DNA of 64,000 nt from Azolla caroliniana. Taxonomy: Eukaryota > Plantae > Polypodiophyta. Both the position numbers and the translations under genes were made by a program. Location: NCBI GenBank assembly GCA_043228905.1, contig JBHGNT010000008.1:3844001-3908000 (forward strand), written 5' to 3'. A model generated the notes under the pieces. That model was not told where the DNA came from, did no database searches, and saw nothing but the letters and a program-made list of their open reading frames with translations. How positions within the stretch are numbered: the stretch's first letter is position 1; each line of letters starts with the position of its first letter. This document shows positions 9,458-22,200 of this stretch, in pieces.

Positions 9458-12333
9458 GTGGTTCCATTGCTAAAACATCAGGCAATTTCACGTTGGAGGT
9501 ATGCCTTTCTTTTAATTCCAGTTCCATTCAATCTCTCGCTTTAGTTGATTCTAGAGCGTTGTTGCGGTATTCCGCGAGTACATGTAGGATCTTAGGCGGG
9601 ACAGCGGGGGTCTTGGACTAGGGAGTAGAGGAGAAATGGGAGCTTAACCCTTACGACCTTCGAGCTCAAGAGGAAAGGAGAAAGAATAAGACATTAACGT
9701 GGAACAAGAAATAGATGGAGGCAAGATACACAAACGAGTTATATTAAGAATCCACTATACGATTACAACCATGGCTGTGTAGGCCGAATCAAACCCTAGA
9801 AGAAACCCTAACTAGATAGGTAAAGAAGAAGAATAAACCCTAAAACCCGAAACCCTAATGGCAACCCAAAGAAACCCAAAAGTGGAAGCCCCTCCTCACT
9901 CAAAATAGGCAACCCCTTCACAAGAGACCCCTCACTCCCTTTTATAATAGTAAGGGGTGAGACACATTACAAAAGGAGAGCTCAAATCCCCTTCTTTCAA
10001 TGGGGAATATTTGGCCTTGATCTTAAATCGGTGGGCCTTTAACTCTCTCTCCTGTCACATTCACACTCAATGCCCACTACTCCCTACACCCATTCTTCAT
10101 GTACTTTCCTCTAGTCTACAAAGTACACATCACATTTACACCCCACACTTTACTTTTCCTTCTTACGTTTGTCTATTTACTCCTATGTTACAATTTTCCT
10201 AAGTATATGTGCAATGTTGCACATCTCATTTTATTCGTTCCGCTCGGGTTTTCTCACCATGGCCGAAAATCCTCACGACAGCGTCTTCTTGCTTCATCAA
10301 TGTCACATTCGCCCGAGCACAGGAGATACCCTTCGTATGCCTCTCAAAACCCATTCCTGTTGAAGCCATTGATGGGTGTGTCCTCTCATTAGGAGCCATT
10401 ACCAAGATTACAATCCCATTAGGGCTTCGTGTGGGCTCCCACCAGGAGGAGCTCCCCTTTTACCTCATCGCATCCCCTCGATATCCGATCGTCTTAGGAC
10501 TATCGTGGTTGGAGGCGCACAATCCAAGAGTGGATTGGTGCAATCGTTCCATTACATTTAACGAGCCAGGATGCTCGCTTACAACTATGAAGGCCAATTC
10601 TGTTTCACATCATTCGGAGACGTTTGATCCCAACTCGGCTACTCCACCCTTAGTTCATCACCCCCTCGCCATTTGTGGAGCTACTTCTAACACACTCCAT
10701 GCTATTCCCAACAAGTATAAAGACTTCTCCGATGTATTGAGAAACATAATGCAAATCGTTTGCCTGAACACCGGCTCTATGACTGTCCCATCGATCTTCA
10801 AGAAGGCGCGTGTCCACCCTTTGGTCCTCTATATGCATTGTTTGCACCAGAGTTAAAGGCCCTTCGAGTGTATCTCGATGAGAACCTTGCGAAAGGATTT
10901 ATTCAACGTTCTAAGTCGCCAGCCAGGGCCCCCATATTATTCGTGAAGAAGAAGGACGACTCTCTACGCTTATGTGTAGACTATCGGGGTCTCAACAAAC
11001 TCACTGTGCGCAACTACTATCCGCTCCCTCTGATCCCCGAACTCCTCGACCGGCTTTGCGATGCGCATGTCTTCTCCAAAGTTGATCTGCGTGGCGGGTA
11101 CAATTTGGTCCGCATCAAGCCCGGTGATGAATGGAAAACTGCCTTTCGAACACGATATGGGCATTTCGAATATAAGGTAATGCCTTTTGGCCTTACTAAC
11201 GCCCTAGCTGTTTTTCAACATATGATGAGTGATATATTCCGAGAATATCTCGATCATTTTGTGGTTATCTACCTAGATGATATTCTCATTTTTTCGCCAA
11301 ACATGGTGGAGCACACCCGTCAAGTCTAATTAGTTTTTGCAAAACTTAGGGAGCACGGCCTTTATGCCAAAAGTGAGAATGTGAGTTCGACCATACCTCA
11401 ATTGAATTCTTGGGCTACATCATCTCGCCCAGTGACATCACGATGGATATGAAGAAGGTTTCCATCATTCGGGAGTGGGCGACTCCAACTCGACTTAAAG
11501 ATGTACAATCCTTCCTCGACTTTGCCAATTTTTACCGTCGCTTCATTCAGGGGTTTTCCACTCTAGCCCATCCTCTTATCGCCCTCACTCACAAAGGTAC
11601 TCCCTTTCTATGGACCTCGGCGGCACAAAATGTGTTCGACTCACTCAAACACGCATTCACCACTGCCCCCGCACTTTTACATGTTGACCCCATACAACCC
11701 TTCTAGGTCGAAACTGATGCCTCTGATTTCACCATTGGCGCCATTTTATCCCAGGCCGATGACTCCAACATAATGCACCCGATGGATTACTACTCCCATA
11801 AATTCATGACATCCGAAATCAAATATCCAATATACGACAAGGAGCTTGTTGTTATCATTGTCGCCTTTGAAGAATGGCACCCCTATTTGGCCGGAGCACA
11901 ACACCGTGTCCAGGTAGTGACTGATCCTAAGAATTTGATTTATTTTTCCACTACTCGTACTTTGAATCGAAGGCAGGCTCGTTGGTCGACATTTCTCACT
12001 GACTATGATTTTGAAATCGTATTTCGACCTGGTGGCCAACATGGGAAGGCCGATGCTCTTTCTCATCAACCCGAATTTGCCATCCGCCCCGAGGATGCCG
12101 CTCATGCTCAACAATCTCGTTGTTTGCTGAAACCCGACCAATTGCATATTTTTGCCACTTGTATGTTGCAAGATGATTTGTTACTCCAACATATCATTGA
12201 TGCATCCACGACTTATGCATTTGCCAACGAGATTCGAGATAGTCTACAAAATCCCTCCAAGTCGCCGAGAAGGATGAACCTTGACCACTTCACCATACAT
12301 ATGGTTTGTTATTCTGCGATCATCTCTTATACG
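9458..12333 (+). pseudogene. pol of Tcn1-like element (PR-RT-RNase H, disrupted)
   Basis: ORF fragments 10209-10856, 10760-11329, 11410-11706, 11773-12354 carry PR (IVLGLSWL), RT (YLDD) and RNase H (ETDAS, NYxIYDKEL-like, RQARW) motifs. Confidence 0.85.
9560..10280 (-). mobile_element. Solo LTR (721 bp) related to the gypsy LTRs at 48504, 49197 and 56809
   Basis: TG..CA termini; GCGT on both sides (4-bp TSD); removal restores DSRA-SSCFI. The minus-strand start TGTCGTGAGGATTTTCGGCC resembles 48504; the end GTCCAAGACCCC..GTCCCGCCT..CGCGGAA resembles the ends at 49890 and 56809. Confidence 0.85.
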
Positions 12334-12689
12334 CAGGATGTGTTCACACTATAGGGAAGTTGAGTTTCATTCTCAACACCTAAGAACACAATGTGTTCAT
12401 ATAAAACCGTTCGAGGGAGTGATCTAGTTGTTTAGGGTGGTACACAAAAAGTCATTATTTGAACCTCATTATGAGTGTCCTCTAGTAATTGTCTAGGTGG
12501 TGCATGCCAAATGCTTTGCACTACCTATAATATTGTGATCGATGTTGGTCAAGACATGGGCATTTATACCCCATATGATAGGCTTGACATGTGGATCACT
12601 ATATCTTCTTGTGTAGAACATAGTCCCTTGGACATTCTACTCTCTTTTACGAGACTAATTACAATTGAATGCACATTCATGCCCAATTT

Positions 12690-12975
12690 CATGGCCTTGG
12701 CATGTGAAGCACAATATATTCTCACATACAACATAACATTGGGTGCTCTACCCTCTTTTGTGATACTACTAGGTGTTGTGTGGGAGTTAAGGTCTTTTTT
12801 GGGGTCATGGCAAATATTGTAGGTGTCTAGTTCATGGCTTTGGCATGTGGGGCACAATATATTCTCACATATGACATATTTTGTTGGGTATTCTACTCTC
12901 TTTTGTGATATTACTAGGTGTTATGTGGGAGTTAAGGTCTTCTTTAGGTTCATGCCAAATATTGTAGGTGTTTAG
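12690..12975. repeat. Tandem duplication of ~143 bp
   Basis: CATGGC.TTGGCATGTG..GCACAATATATTCTCACATA...AAATATTGTAGGTGT.TAG occurs twice with mismatches. Confidence 0.75.
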
Positions 12976-15318
12976 AGACTTTTTGAGGAATCTTCAAAGG
13001 TCATAATCAATGTATGAGTTTTAGAGAACAACTTGCATGATCAGATTATTAAGAAGTTTCATAAGGTGGGAATGTATAGCCTATTGATGAAATTGACTCC
13101 TTTTTTGTCTGACTTTTTGTCACCAAGTCACACCAAGTTCGGCCTACTCACGTTATCAACGCCAATGAGCAGATCTAGGATTAAGAAAATTAATGAAGGA
13201 GTCTTGTGGATTTTATTTCATAAATTTAGGTTCTACCATATAAATCCCCCCCCGCCCCCTGTTTGGTAGTTCCATTTTGTCCATTCTCACTTGAAGAATT
13301 TTTTTGACTCTTTGCATGAGATTTTTAAGTTATGAGGAAGTTTAGGGTTTATTGTTTTTTGACAAGTTTTCTACATTCCTTATAATGGTTTATGGCCTTA
13401 TTCACTCGTGAAGCTATTATAATTTTCAAAATCCCTTTAGAGCTCAACAATCTTGTTACAAATGTTATGGAAACAAGTATTAATTACTACATATATATAT
13501 AACGTTTTTGTATCTATTGTGGGTTATCTTTATATGCAATTGAGTTTAAAATTTTATTTGTGTTTTTATCATTGCGTAAGCGTCTCCCATTTGTCTAGCC
13601 TCCTTGTATTCTAATTCTCTATCTCCTCTTTCTTCTCTCACGTGTACACTATACACATGCAACCACCCCAATCCCCCCCAAAACACACACACACACACAC
13701 ACACATGCAAATAAGGGATGAAAGTTTATGGGTAAACTATTGTTCATATGCCAAATTTATAAATAAACATGGTCATATTGTAGTTTGTGGGGAATTGCCC
13801 TTTATTAGGTTATAATGGTTAGTGCCTAATGGGATGTACTATGAAAGGGACCCATAGAGGTTTGCAATGTGTATAAAAACACTAGAGCTCTCGTGTAAAA
13901 TACATCTTTAGAGTTATATTTTGGTCTTCATTCTCTTTCCTTCGCATGCTTTAAAAAGCTACTTCCCTCGACGTAGATTTTCTACACTAGTTAATTGAGA
14001 TATGCATGTTTTTTTACTCAGAAATATCTATTTAATTGAGATACGTTGTATGTTTCTTATTTGGAAATTATCTTTTTAATTAAGACAATTGTGTTTCATG
14101 ATTGTTGTAGTGTTTAGGTGTATTTTAACATTAGTTTAACTTAAGATGCCCTCGAGGCTTTCACAATTGCACAGAGTAGAGAGTAAGTGCTTTTATGCCT
14201 TGAAGTATGATGTGGTCATTGCCATAGTGGAGTGACGCCCATGATCCCTAGGTTAGTCCACCATGAGGAAAGCAACCCCATGGAACTCGGTAGTGACTCT
14301 TTCAAGTGCAAATGTTATGAGGATAATTGTATGGTATATTTAGTGCTGGTAGCTTTGGGCTAATTCATAAGGAACAAAGTGTAAATATTTCATTATTCTC
14401 AATCCTATGGTAAGAGTAAACTTTTAAGTGTATTATTATCACTTAATCACTCGTAATAAAGTAGTCGAGTGTGAAATATACAAGGGTGTTTTAATGTGGT
14501 ATAATGAGCCATAGTTCTCTAATTCCTCAAGGATTAGTAGATTTGGGCTAATTAATAACAAATGTAGGGTAAGGATTGAGTTATTCTCGATCCTACTATG
14601 AGAGATAACTTTTGAGTGTTTCATCAATTGACCGCTTCTAATAAAGTAATAAAGTGTGAAACAGATAGGGGCTGAGGGGTGGAGCCTATATAAGAAGTCT
14701 AGACACTTTCATGAAGCGTAGAGTTATTATATAGAGGCTCTCTAATAGTGTGGCAAAGCTCTAGCTACAAGTGTATGTTCCACATTCTTCAACTACAAGG
14801 TATGATTCATGTTCAAAATTGGTGGTATGGGATACTAACAAGGGATTCAATTTTGTCACTTCGGTTCGCTACGCTAAAACCTTTCGTCCTTATTTCCTCC
14901 TTTAATTTGCTTAACATTAATTAAGTTTCTTACAACAACACTCTTAAGTTATGACTCTCGTGGCATCCCCCGACAAGACAAGGATTGTCTACGCCTCCTA
15001 AAAGTTGTGAAAATCAAGTCTCCATGTTTCTAATAGGAAACCAACAACTAGGATCCCAAGCAAGTAGTAGAGTCGAATTGTAGGTTCCTCTATAAACAAA
15101 ATGAACATTCCATGCCCTTTTCGAATTCACCATCTCCACAAAAAACCAAAAAACACCATCGACAAAATGTCACACATAATTACGAAAACGAATCAAACCA
15201 CAGGTATGAGGGGTGGGTCATAAATCCGATTAGCTCCATATCCGGCATGTGAGGTAAGGAGCAAGGCAGGCGTGGGCAAGGGGGCTGAAAGCAAACAATG
15301 TCCTCGAAACAATGCAAG

Positions 15319-15795
15319 TAACAATCGGCAACGGTTCGGTTTGGACCGAACCAAACCGCGAAACCACGGCTTACATGGTTTAGTTAATGTTTTTTAAAAC
15401 GGTTTGATTTGGTTTCAACAATAAGAAACCACGGTTTAAACGGTTTTTTATTTTATTATTATTTTTTATTTTCTAAATTTAAAAAATAATAATTTAAACA
15501 ATCTTTTCATTTTTAGACCTTATTCCCACATTTTAGGAACATCTTTAAAATTTTAAAAGTTTTAAATAATGAAATATTTTAAATTCTAAAAATTTTAAAA
15601 TTTTAAAATTTGACCTAAGTTGAAAACCGAAATCGAACCACGAAAACGTGGTTTCAAGGGTTTGAAAAATTTAAATGGTGTTCAGTTTAACGGTTTCGTG
15701 GTTCGGTTCAGGTTTCAAAATAATTTAAACAGTTCGGTTCCAAACCAGTTCGGTTTTGGCCCTCTCAAACCGAACCGAACCATGGCCGATTGTTA
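15319..15795. mobile_element. hAT-type MITE (477 bp)
   Basis: TIR TAACAATCGGC/GCCGATTGTTA; 8-bp TSD AATGCAAG/GATGCAAG; many AAACCG/CGGTTT subterminal motifs around an AT-rich core. Confidence 0.85.
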
Positions 15796-16214
15796 GATGC
15801 AAGTCTTGCTAGAGCACAAATGAAAGATGAGCGGAGATTGACTGGGCATCTGGCCCGAAAATGGTCAGAGAGGACGGACGGACATATCTCCGGACCAATT
15901 GGCCAGGGGAAACATCATCCCCTTGAGTACATAATTACTATTAACTAATGATGTGAAGATTAATTAAATTAGTCAGAACAACAGAGATTATGTATGTAAC
16001 AGCTTTGCCCATGACCCATCTTAATTAATGGAATTGAAACTCCCAAGCAGCAGGAAAAATATATAGCTCCAAATCGGATCTGATTGCCATCAGAAACAGA
16101 AGATCAAACTGAAGTCTTCCACCTGTGCAGATCAGCCCCGATCCATCCATCCTCCACACTTTAGTCTGAACAGATCAGATCAGATCAGATCTTAGTATAT
16201 GTGTATATGCTGCC

Positions 16215-19200
16215 ATGGCTCAGTGGATCACTACCCATCACCTCGACGTAACCCTTCAGCCTCATCATGCAGTTTTTCATCCCACACAAGCCCTCCTGGC
16301 TGTAGCAGTAGGTCATCATATATATGGTATGTTTCCTTCTTTCTCTGGCTTCCTTTTTCTTAATGCTAATTGCTATTCACTTTGCTTGTTTTACTATGGT
16401 TCTGCTTGTTGATGTTTTGTCTTCTTCTTTTGTGATAATGTGATCAAATGTTGCTTTTTTCTTTTTTAGCATAAAGAATATACTTTTGCTGTCTTTTTAG
16501 ATTGTTGTCATTTTTATCCTCGGGTCAATTCAAGGTTATTTTTGTTTGTTTTTAATGAAAACAGAGTATGATGTGTTGATGGGTTGTAAGCTCGCAAGCA
16601 TTGATGTCGGTGCTCCCACTGTTCGTATGGCTTATAGCCCTGTTGGAGGTCACACGATCATTGCAGTTCTCGAGGTGAGAACTCTCTCATTTGTACTTAT
16701 TCGTTGTATTTGCATCATACCATTCTAAACGGTTCTCATTGGAGTAAAATACTAGTTCGTTTGCATCATACCGTTCTAAATGGTTCTCATTGGAGTAAAA
16801 TACTACTACTAGTGCTATAATGCCCTATTCAGTGGATGATAGAGACTTGAGTTTGAGCTCATTTGGTGGCTACTTTAACCTCGATGTGAAGGCTATTTGT
16901 TCTTGCCTTCTTCAAACAATATTGGAGAGTAATGTCATTGTCGACTTACGTTTATATATTCCTAGGCTAGTAATCTATTTTTATTATCTATTTAATGAAT
17001 TATTTTATTTACTAAAACACTTGCTTCCATGTACTTAATGTGTAAATCCAGACTCTCTGGTCTTATGAAGGTGCATGGACAACAGCAGGAACAATTCTGA
17101 TCCTTACTTTTACATGAGATAACCTGTTGATTTATTGGATCCTGAAGTTAATCATGTGGGCGGTTTTCCTATCAACATAGAATTAAAGGTTTAATGTTGT
17201 CAGAGTTTTCAGAGGTATATCTTTAGTTGTGGAGAAAGAGGCATGATGGTATGGAATGACTGAGTAATAGTGAAAATAACCCTTTTATGAAGGGTCAGTG
17301 AGGCAAGGTAGTATTAGCTTGGTTGTGTATCAAGAGGAACATGGTTTCAAGCTCTGAACTTGGGTGCTGAACGTGTTTATTCTTGTAGTTCTTTGTTGAG
17401 GGATTAGGGAGATCCTGGACAGATTCTTTCGGGAAGCTCACGTGTCACTTGTGCATTGGACGATGGTGTGAGAGAATCAAAGTCGTTCATTGAGATTGAT
17501 GATGATGTGGGGTATGCTAGGTGTTCTGAACATATCACATTCTCTTTGATATAGTGGTCTCAAATCCTGGTAGAAAATTATATACAAGTGATCAATAACT
17601 TTACAACTGAATCTTTATGATCACACAAAAGGCTCTTGTATGGTCTTGTGGAATATTCAAAATGAATTTGAAAGAAGATAGAATGCATTAATTCTAAAAA
17701 ATTAAGTATCTTTGTTTGCTTCCGTATGATCATCATATATATTGGCCATTTACGACCTAGGCTGAAATTTGAGTGTGTATGATAGTAGAGGTTCCCTGCT
17801 CACGGAACGTTCTAGGGAACTGTAGATAAGGGCTAGTTGGTGTGTTCACTGTGAATGTTGAGCAACATCAGATGGAGGGTTTCAGGCCTTGGATTTTATC
17901 TATTTGCATAATGTTCAGTAGTAGATTTGTTCTTATTATATTTATGAACGCAGGACTGGACGATCAAGGCATGTGATCTTGATACTGAACATACACATGT
18001 CCTCCACACACCAGAAAAGAAGTCAGACAAATTTATTGGGGCATCTATTGAAGTGCACATAGCGTTGACACCATTACAGCCATGGCTCTTCTTTGGATAT
18101 CATCGACAAATGGTTGTTAACGGTAATGGCATCCAATTTTCCTTTTTAAATAAATGTAAAACATTTGGTGAGCAGTTTTTCGACATACTCAGTTTAAGGA
18201 CATATGGTTTGTGGAAGTTTATCTATATCATGGTTGTTCCCTTTTTCTGATGCAGTTGTTGGAACTGTGGAAGGATCAAAGCCAGTAACAAAGATCAGGA
18301 CGGACCTGAAGAAACCAATTACAGATCTTGCGTGCCATCCACGAAGCCCCCTTTTGGTATCAAACTTAATTGAAATAGTTTAATATACATTCAGACATGT
18401 TCCTTGTTCAGAGTGTTTATTATCCTTTAAAAATTACAGTATGTTGCCTACCTGGATGGCATTGTTCGTGCTTATAACATTCAGACATTCGGTGTGCAAT
18501 ATACACTGCAAAGTAAGTGTCTTAATAATAAATTGTTACGGAAATTTTCTAGTTCAATGCATGTTGGTGTTAAATAAATTCGAAAGAGCCTAGTAAAATT
18601 ACCCTTTCTATGTTAAAAAATCAGTTGACAATACCATAAACACCATAAAGCTAGTGGGAGCGGGGGCTATTGCATTTCATTCAACTCTGGAATGGGTTTT
18701 TATTGGAGATCGAAGTGGAACACTGATAGCATGGGATGTTTCTGTTCCTAATCGGCCGAACATGATTGGAATGTAAGTTGTCTTCTTTTTGCTATATGGA
18801 ATGTATGTTTGTTTACAGTCTATTTACATTTGTTCTAATGGTCATTGTGCACTGGAGCCTGAATACTAGAAATGGTCTGAAAACTCACTAGGAAAAATGT
18901 GTAAATGTACATTGACCTAAAAGGCATAGTTTGTTTATGATATATCCATGCCATCAAAAGTAAAAGTTTCATAAACATTTCCCTTCAGGATGTACATTCT
19001 TTTGTAATTCTGATTCAACATCTGAATGTGTTGTTGAGACACCAGCACTCAGGTAGGCTCAAATGCAATACCAACAGTGGCGTGGAATCCAATGCTGAAA
19101 CTATTGATAACACTTACAAAAGAAGGAAATGTTCAAGCTTGGAGAACACGGGCAATGTTGAATCCAAACAGGCCACCTATGAAGGCTCAATTTTTTGAGC

Positions 19201-22200
19201 CTGCTGGTTAGTTTTTTCCTCTTTTATGTAATATGTTACACACTTATGCTGTCAAAACAGAATTTTTATGTATGGATTATCAATATCTTTACTTGGGAAC
19301 AGAAATATGGGTAATACAATAGGTTCTTGTTTTCTATTATCTACAAAACGTGTTCTTTATGGCTCATCTTTTATGATGATTCATGATGTTTGTGCATCAT
19401 ATGAACTTTACTACAACAATTTGTTATTGAATGAACCATCAATATATTGAGCCTTGTTTGGTGGATTTCTTGAATCAAGTGGCACAATATCTTTGAGTGC
19501 TGCCTTGTTTATCCATGGGATAGATATTGTAGTCTTAGAACTTGATCTTGCAAGATGTTTTTACTTTTTTATGAGGATTCATAAGTTTACAAATTACTTC
19601 TTCATAATTGTTTGTATATTTACGCTTGGAAAGTTGTTGTTTGGCAATGCCAGCTTCCAAGTTACTAATGCAGTATAAGGTTATTACGTCCTTTGTAAAT
19701 TGTGAACCATGTGAATAAAGCTTACAAATATTACTCATGTGGTGTATCCTATGAAACCTAGAATGAGTATGGATAGAAATCTTAGGGAGAATGTCCATAG
19801 TAGGTATTGTAAGAGTGTTTGTTTAAAGGGTCTTGTATCTGGGCTCTGCTGGAGGTTGAACTGAGAAAATGTGGAAAGATCAGGGGAGAGAAATTTGCTG
19901 TCATGCCTGATTTTCCCATCAATTTGTGATAGATATTATAAACTTGATTGACTAGTTTTTGTATGAGCCTAAATGTACTCATGGACAAATGCGTGGAGAA
20001 CTTGATGTTCTTTTACTTCCTCAGCTAGCCATTCTAGGGGGTGAAGATTACACTCATTATTTTCACTTTGTCTTGAGTTCATGATTGGTGCATCGAAACC
20101 ACCGGTGTTTTGAACAAAGAGAGTTTGTAAAAAAAAGGGAGAGAGATGAGTATAGACAAGAGATAGAGATAGCGTAGGATTAAAGAAGTAGAATTGAGAC
20201 AATATATGATAGATTAAAGAAGTAGAATTGACACAATATATGATAAAATATATTCTATTTTAATTAGGAATACAAGATTTTATTTACCAAAGTTGCAATA
20301 TTCCACCGTAAGGTTGGCACCTTATCTTTGCTGAACTCCAACATGAACCCTTAACTTTGATCTTCAGAGCTGAATAACCTTTCTTGACAACCTAGCTTAA
20401 TCGGTTGATTGTTAGATGAATGTATTTTTATTGATGCCTCAATGCTTTGATTTGTCAACTACAGCATGGGTATACTTTATGAATTCATTTGTCTACCAAA
20501 TTCTGGAGTCTGAACATAATTTTGCATGAACTGGAACATATTTTTGCAGGTTTGGAAGTGTTTGATGTTGCAAATATATTGACACAGCAGGGGGGTGAAG
20601 CTGTTTACCCTTTGCCGCACATCAAGGAATTGCTAATTCATTCAAAGCTTAACTTAGCAATATGTCTACTTACGGTATATATTATTGCTTTTTTGAAATA
20701 CGAAGACCGAGTCGTGGATTATTGCCTTTTGGTTAGGGGGGGAGTGGGTTTCTGCTGAGGTTGACAATGAACCTGAGCTTGATGGTGGGATTGCATATTA
20801 TTTCTTGTCTAAATTAGACCTTTTTATTCTGTATTCTTTTCAGAGTGCTGGAAAAGCTGAAGATTCAAGAGGTAGAGGGTCGACACTGTCTAGGGAAGGA
20901 AGAAAGCAATTATTTGCTGTACTGCAAAGTGCAAGGGGATCACCAGGCATGCAACATTTATGACAATTCAAAATGCGAATATATTTTAAATAATCATTGT
21001 GCATGTACTATTTATATAAAGTCTGGCATCTAGTTTGAGAATTGATGGTTCCTCTCAGGTTCAGTATTGAAAGAGAAACTTGCTATACTTGGATCAGCTG
21101 GGATTTTACCAGATCAGCAATTACAGCTACAAATGCAGCAAGTGAGAGGACAGTCTGGGTATATATTAAAGATACTTCTGTGTCATTCTATTCTGTAGCT
21201 GTAAAGTGTGGTATTGTTTCTTCATGAATGGATCTGATTAAATGAGATTTTCATTTTTTTGACACAGACAACCACAGCTTACTATTGCAGATCTGGCAAG
21301 GAAGGCGTTTCTTCATAATGTATGATCTCAAAACCATTCTATAAGAAAAATCCCATATCTTCATAATGCTTGGTTTACTACATTCTAAGGTAGCAGTTTT
21401 ATTGAGGATATGCATTTGTGTTTACTATAGTCTTTCATTCAATAGGGAATCAGATAATCTTCCTTTGTTGAATCAATAATGAATTTCCAAATTTAAAAGC
21501 ATGAACTATCACGTGCTCATGTTTCCCTGAATGTCTTAAAACTCCTAGAAGAGTTTCTGAGAATGCAAGAGATATGATATGATTCTGCAATGAAATTCAA
21601 CCCTTTATGTACAAATGTCAGGAAGGAGATCGGTAATGTTCAAAGAAATCTCCTTCCTGAGATTTGTACATAAAGGCTAACACATCAAAGTGGTGAACTT
21701 CAACCTTGTAGAAGAGGGGCTTGGTGAGGTTTGGCACAAATATGTGAAAGTACTCCATGGAATTCCAAGCAGCCCCCTCCCCCATCCACATGGCTCATGC
21801 TCAGAGCACAAAAGGTGAAAGAAAGAAAGATATATTAATGTCTTTTAAGAGACCAAAATGGCCTATAAGACGAAACAAGAGATTACAACTTAAGTGTTGT
21901 CTCGTCTTTGAGAACAAATCAAAATAAAATAAATATTACACAGTAAATAAGATGAAAAGAAAAGAAACGAGGTGAGAAAGTGAGAAATGCCATTGATATA
22001 TTACAATTTGGAAATGCCCAAGATCATGATGGATTTGTAGGTGGGCATTTTATCTATGCCCATAGCACCTTGCTCCTGCTTATTGCACACACCTTTAATA
22101 GAGATATGTGTTCTAAAGAAGTAGAAGATAGAATGACAGTTTTCTGAAATATCTAGAGGCAGACATATAGAAACTAAAAACACCTATGGGTTTAACACAT

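Larger units (their letters stand above)
2569..12333 (+). mobile_element. Ty3/gypsy chromovirus, Tcn1-like, 3'-truncated and interrupted by two insertions
   Basis: 5' LTR TGTCA..TGATA (2569-2946); gag with CLYCGASGHLLRHC knuckle; PR LVDS(R)A|SSCFI; [38 protein letters not shown]; RNase H. Similarity lost at about 12333; no integrase or 3' LTR. Confidence 0.85.

Noticed and set aside
9790-9860. Interstitial telomere (AAACCCTA motifs)
   Set aside because: Scattered single telo-box motifs inside an LTR, not a tandem array.
12346-14750. CACTA element (CACTATAG ... TAATAGTG)
   Set aside because: The termini match only over 5-6 bp, with no 3-bp TSD, no subterminal repeats and no transposase.
16712-16803. 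Short intronic duplications (also ~20175-20250, 28110-28350, 32766-32861)
   Set aside because: Ordinary two-copy slippage duplications with no evidence of function.
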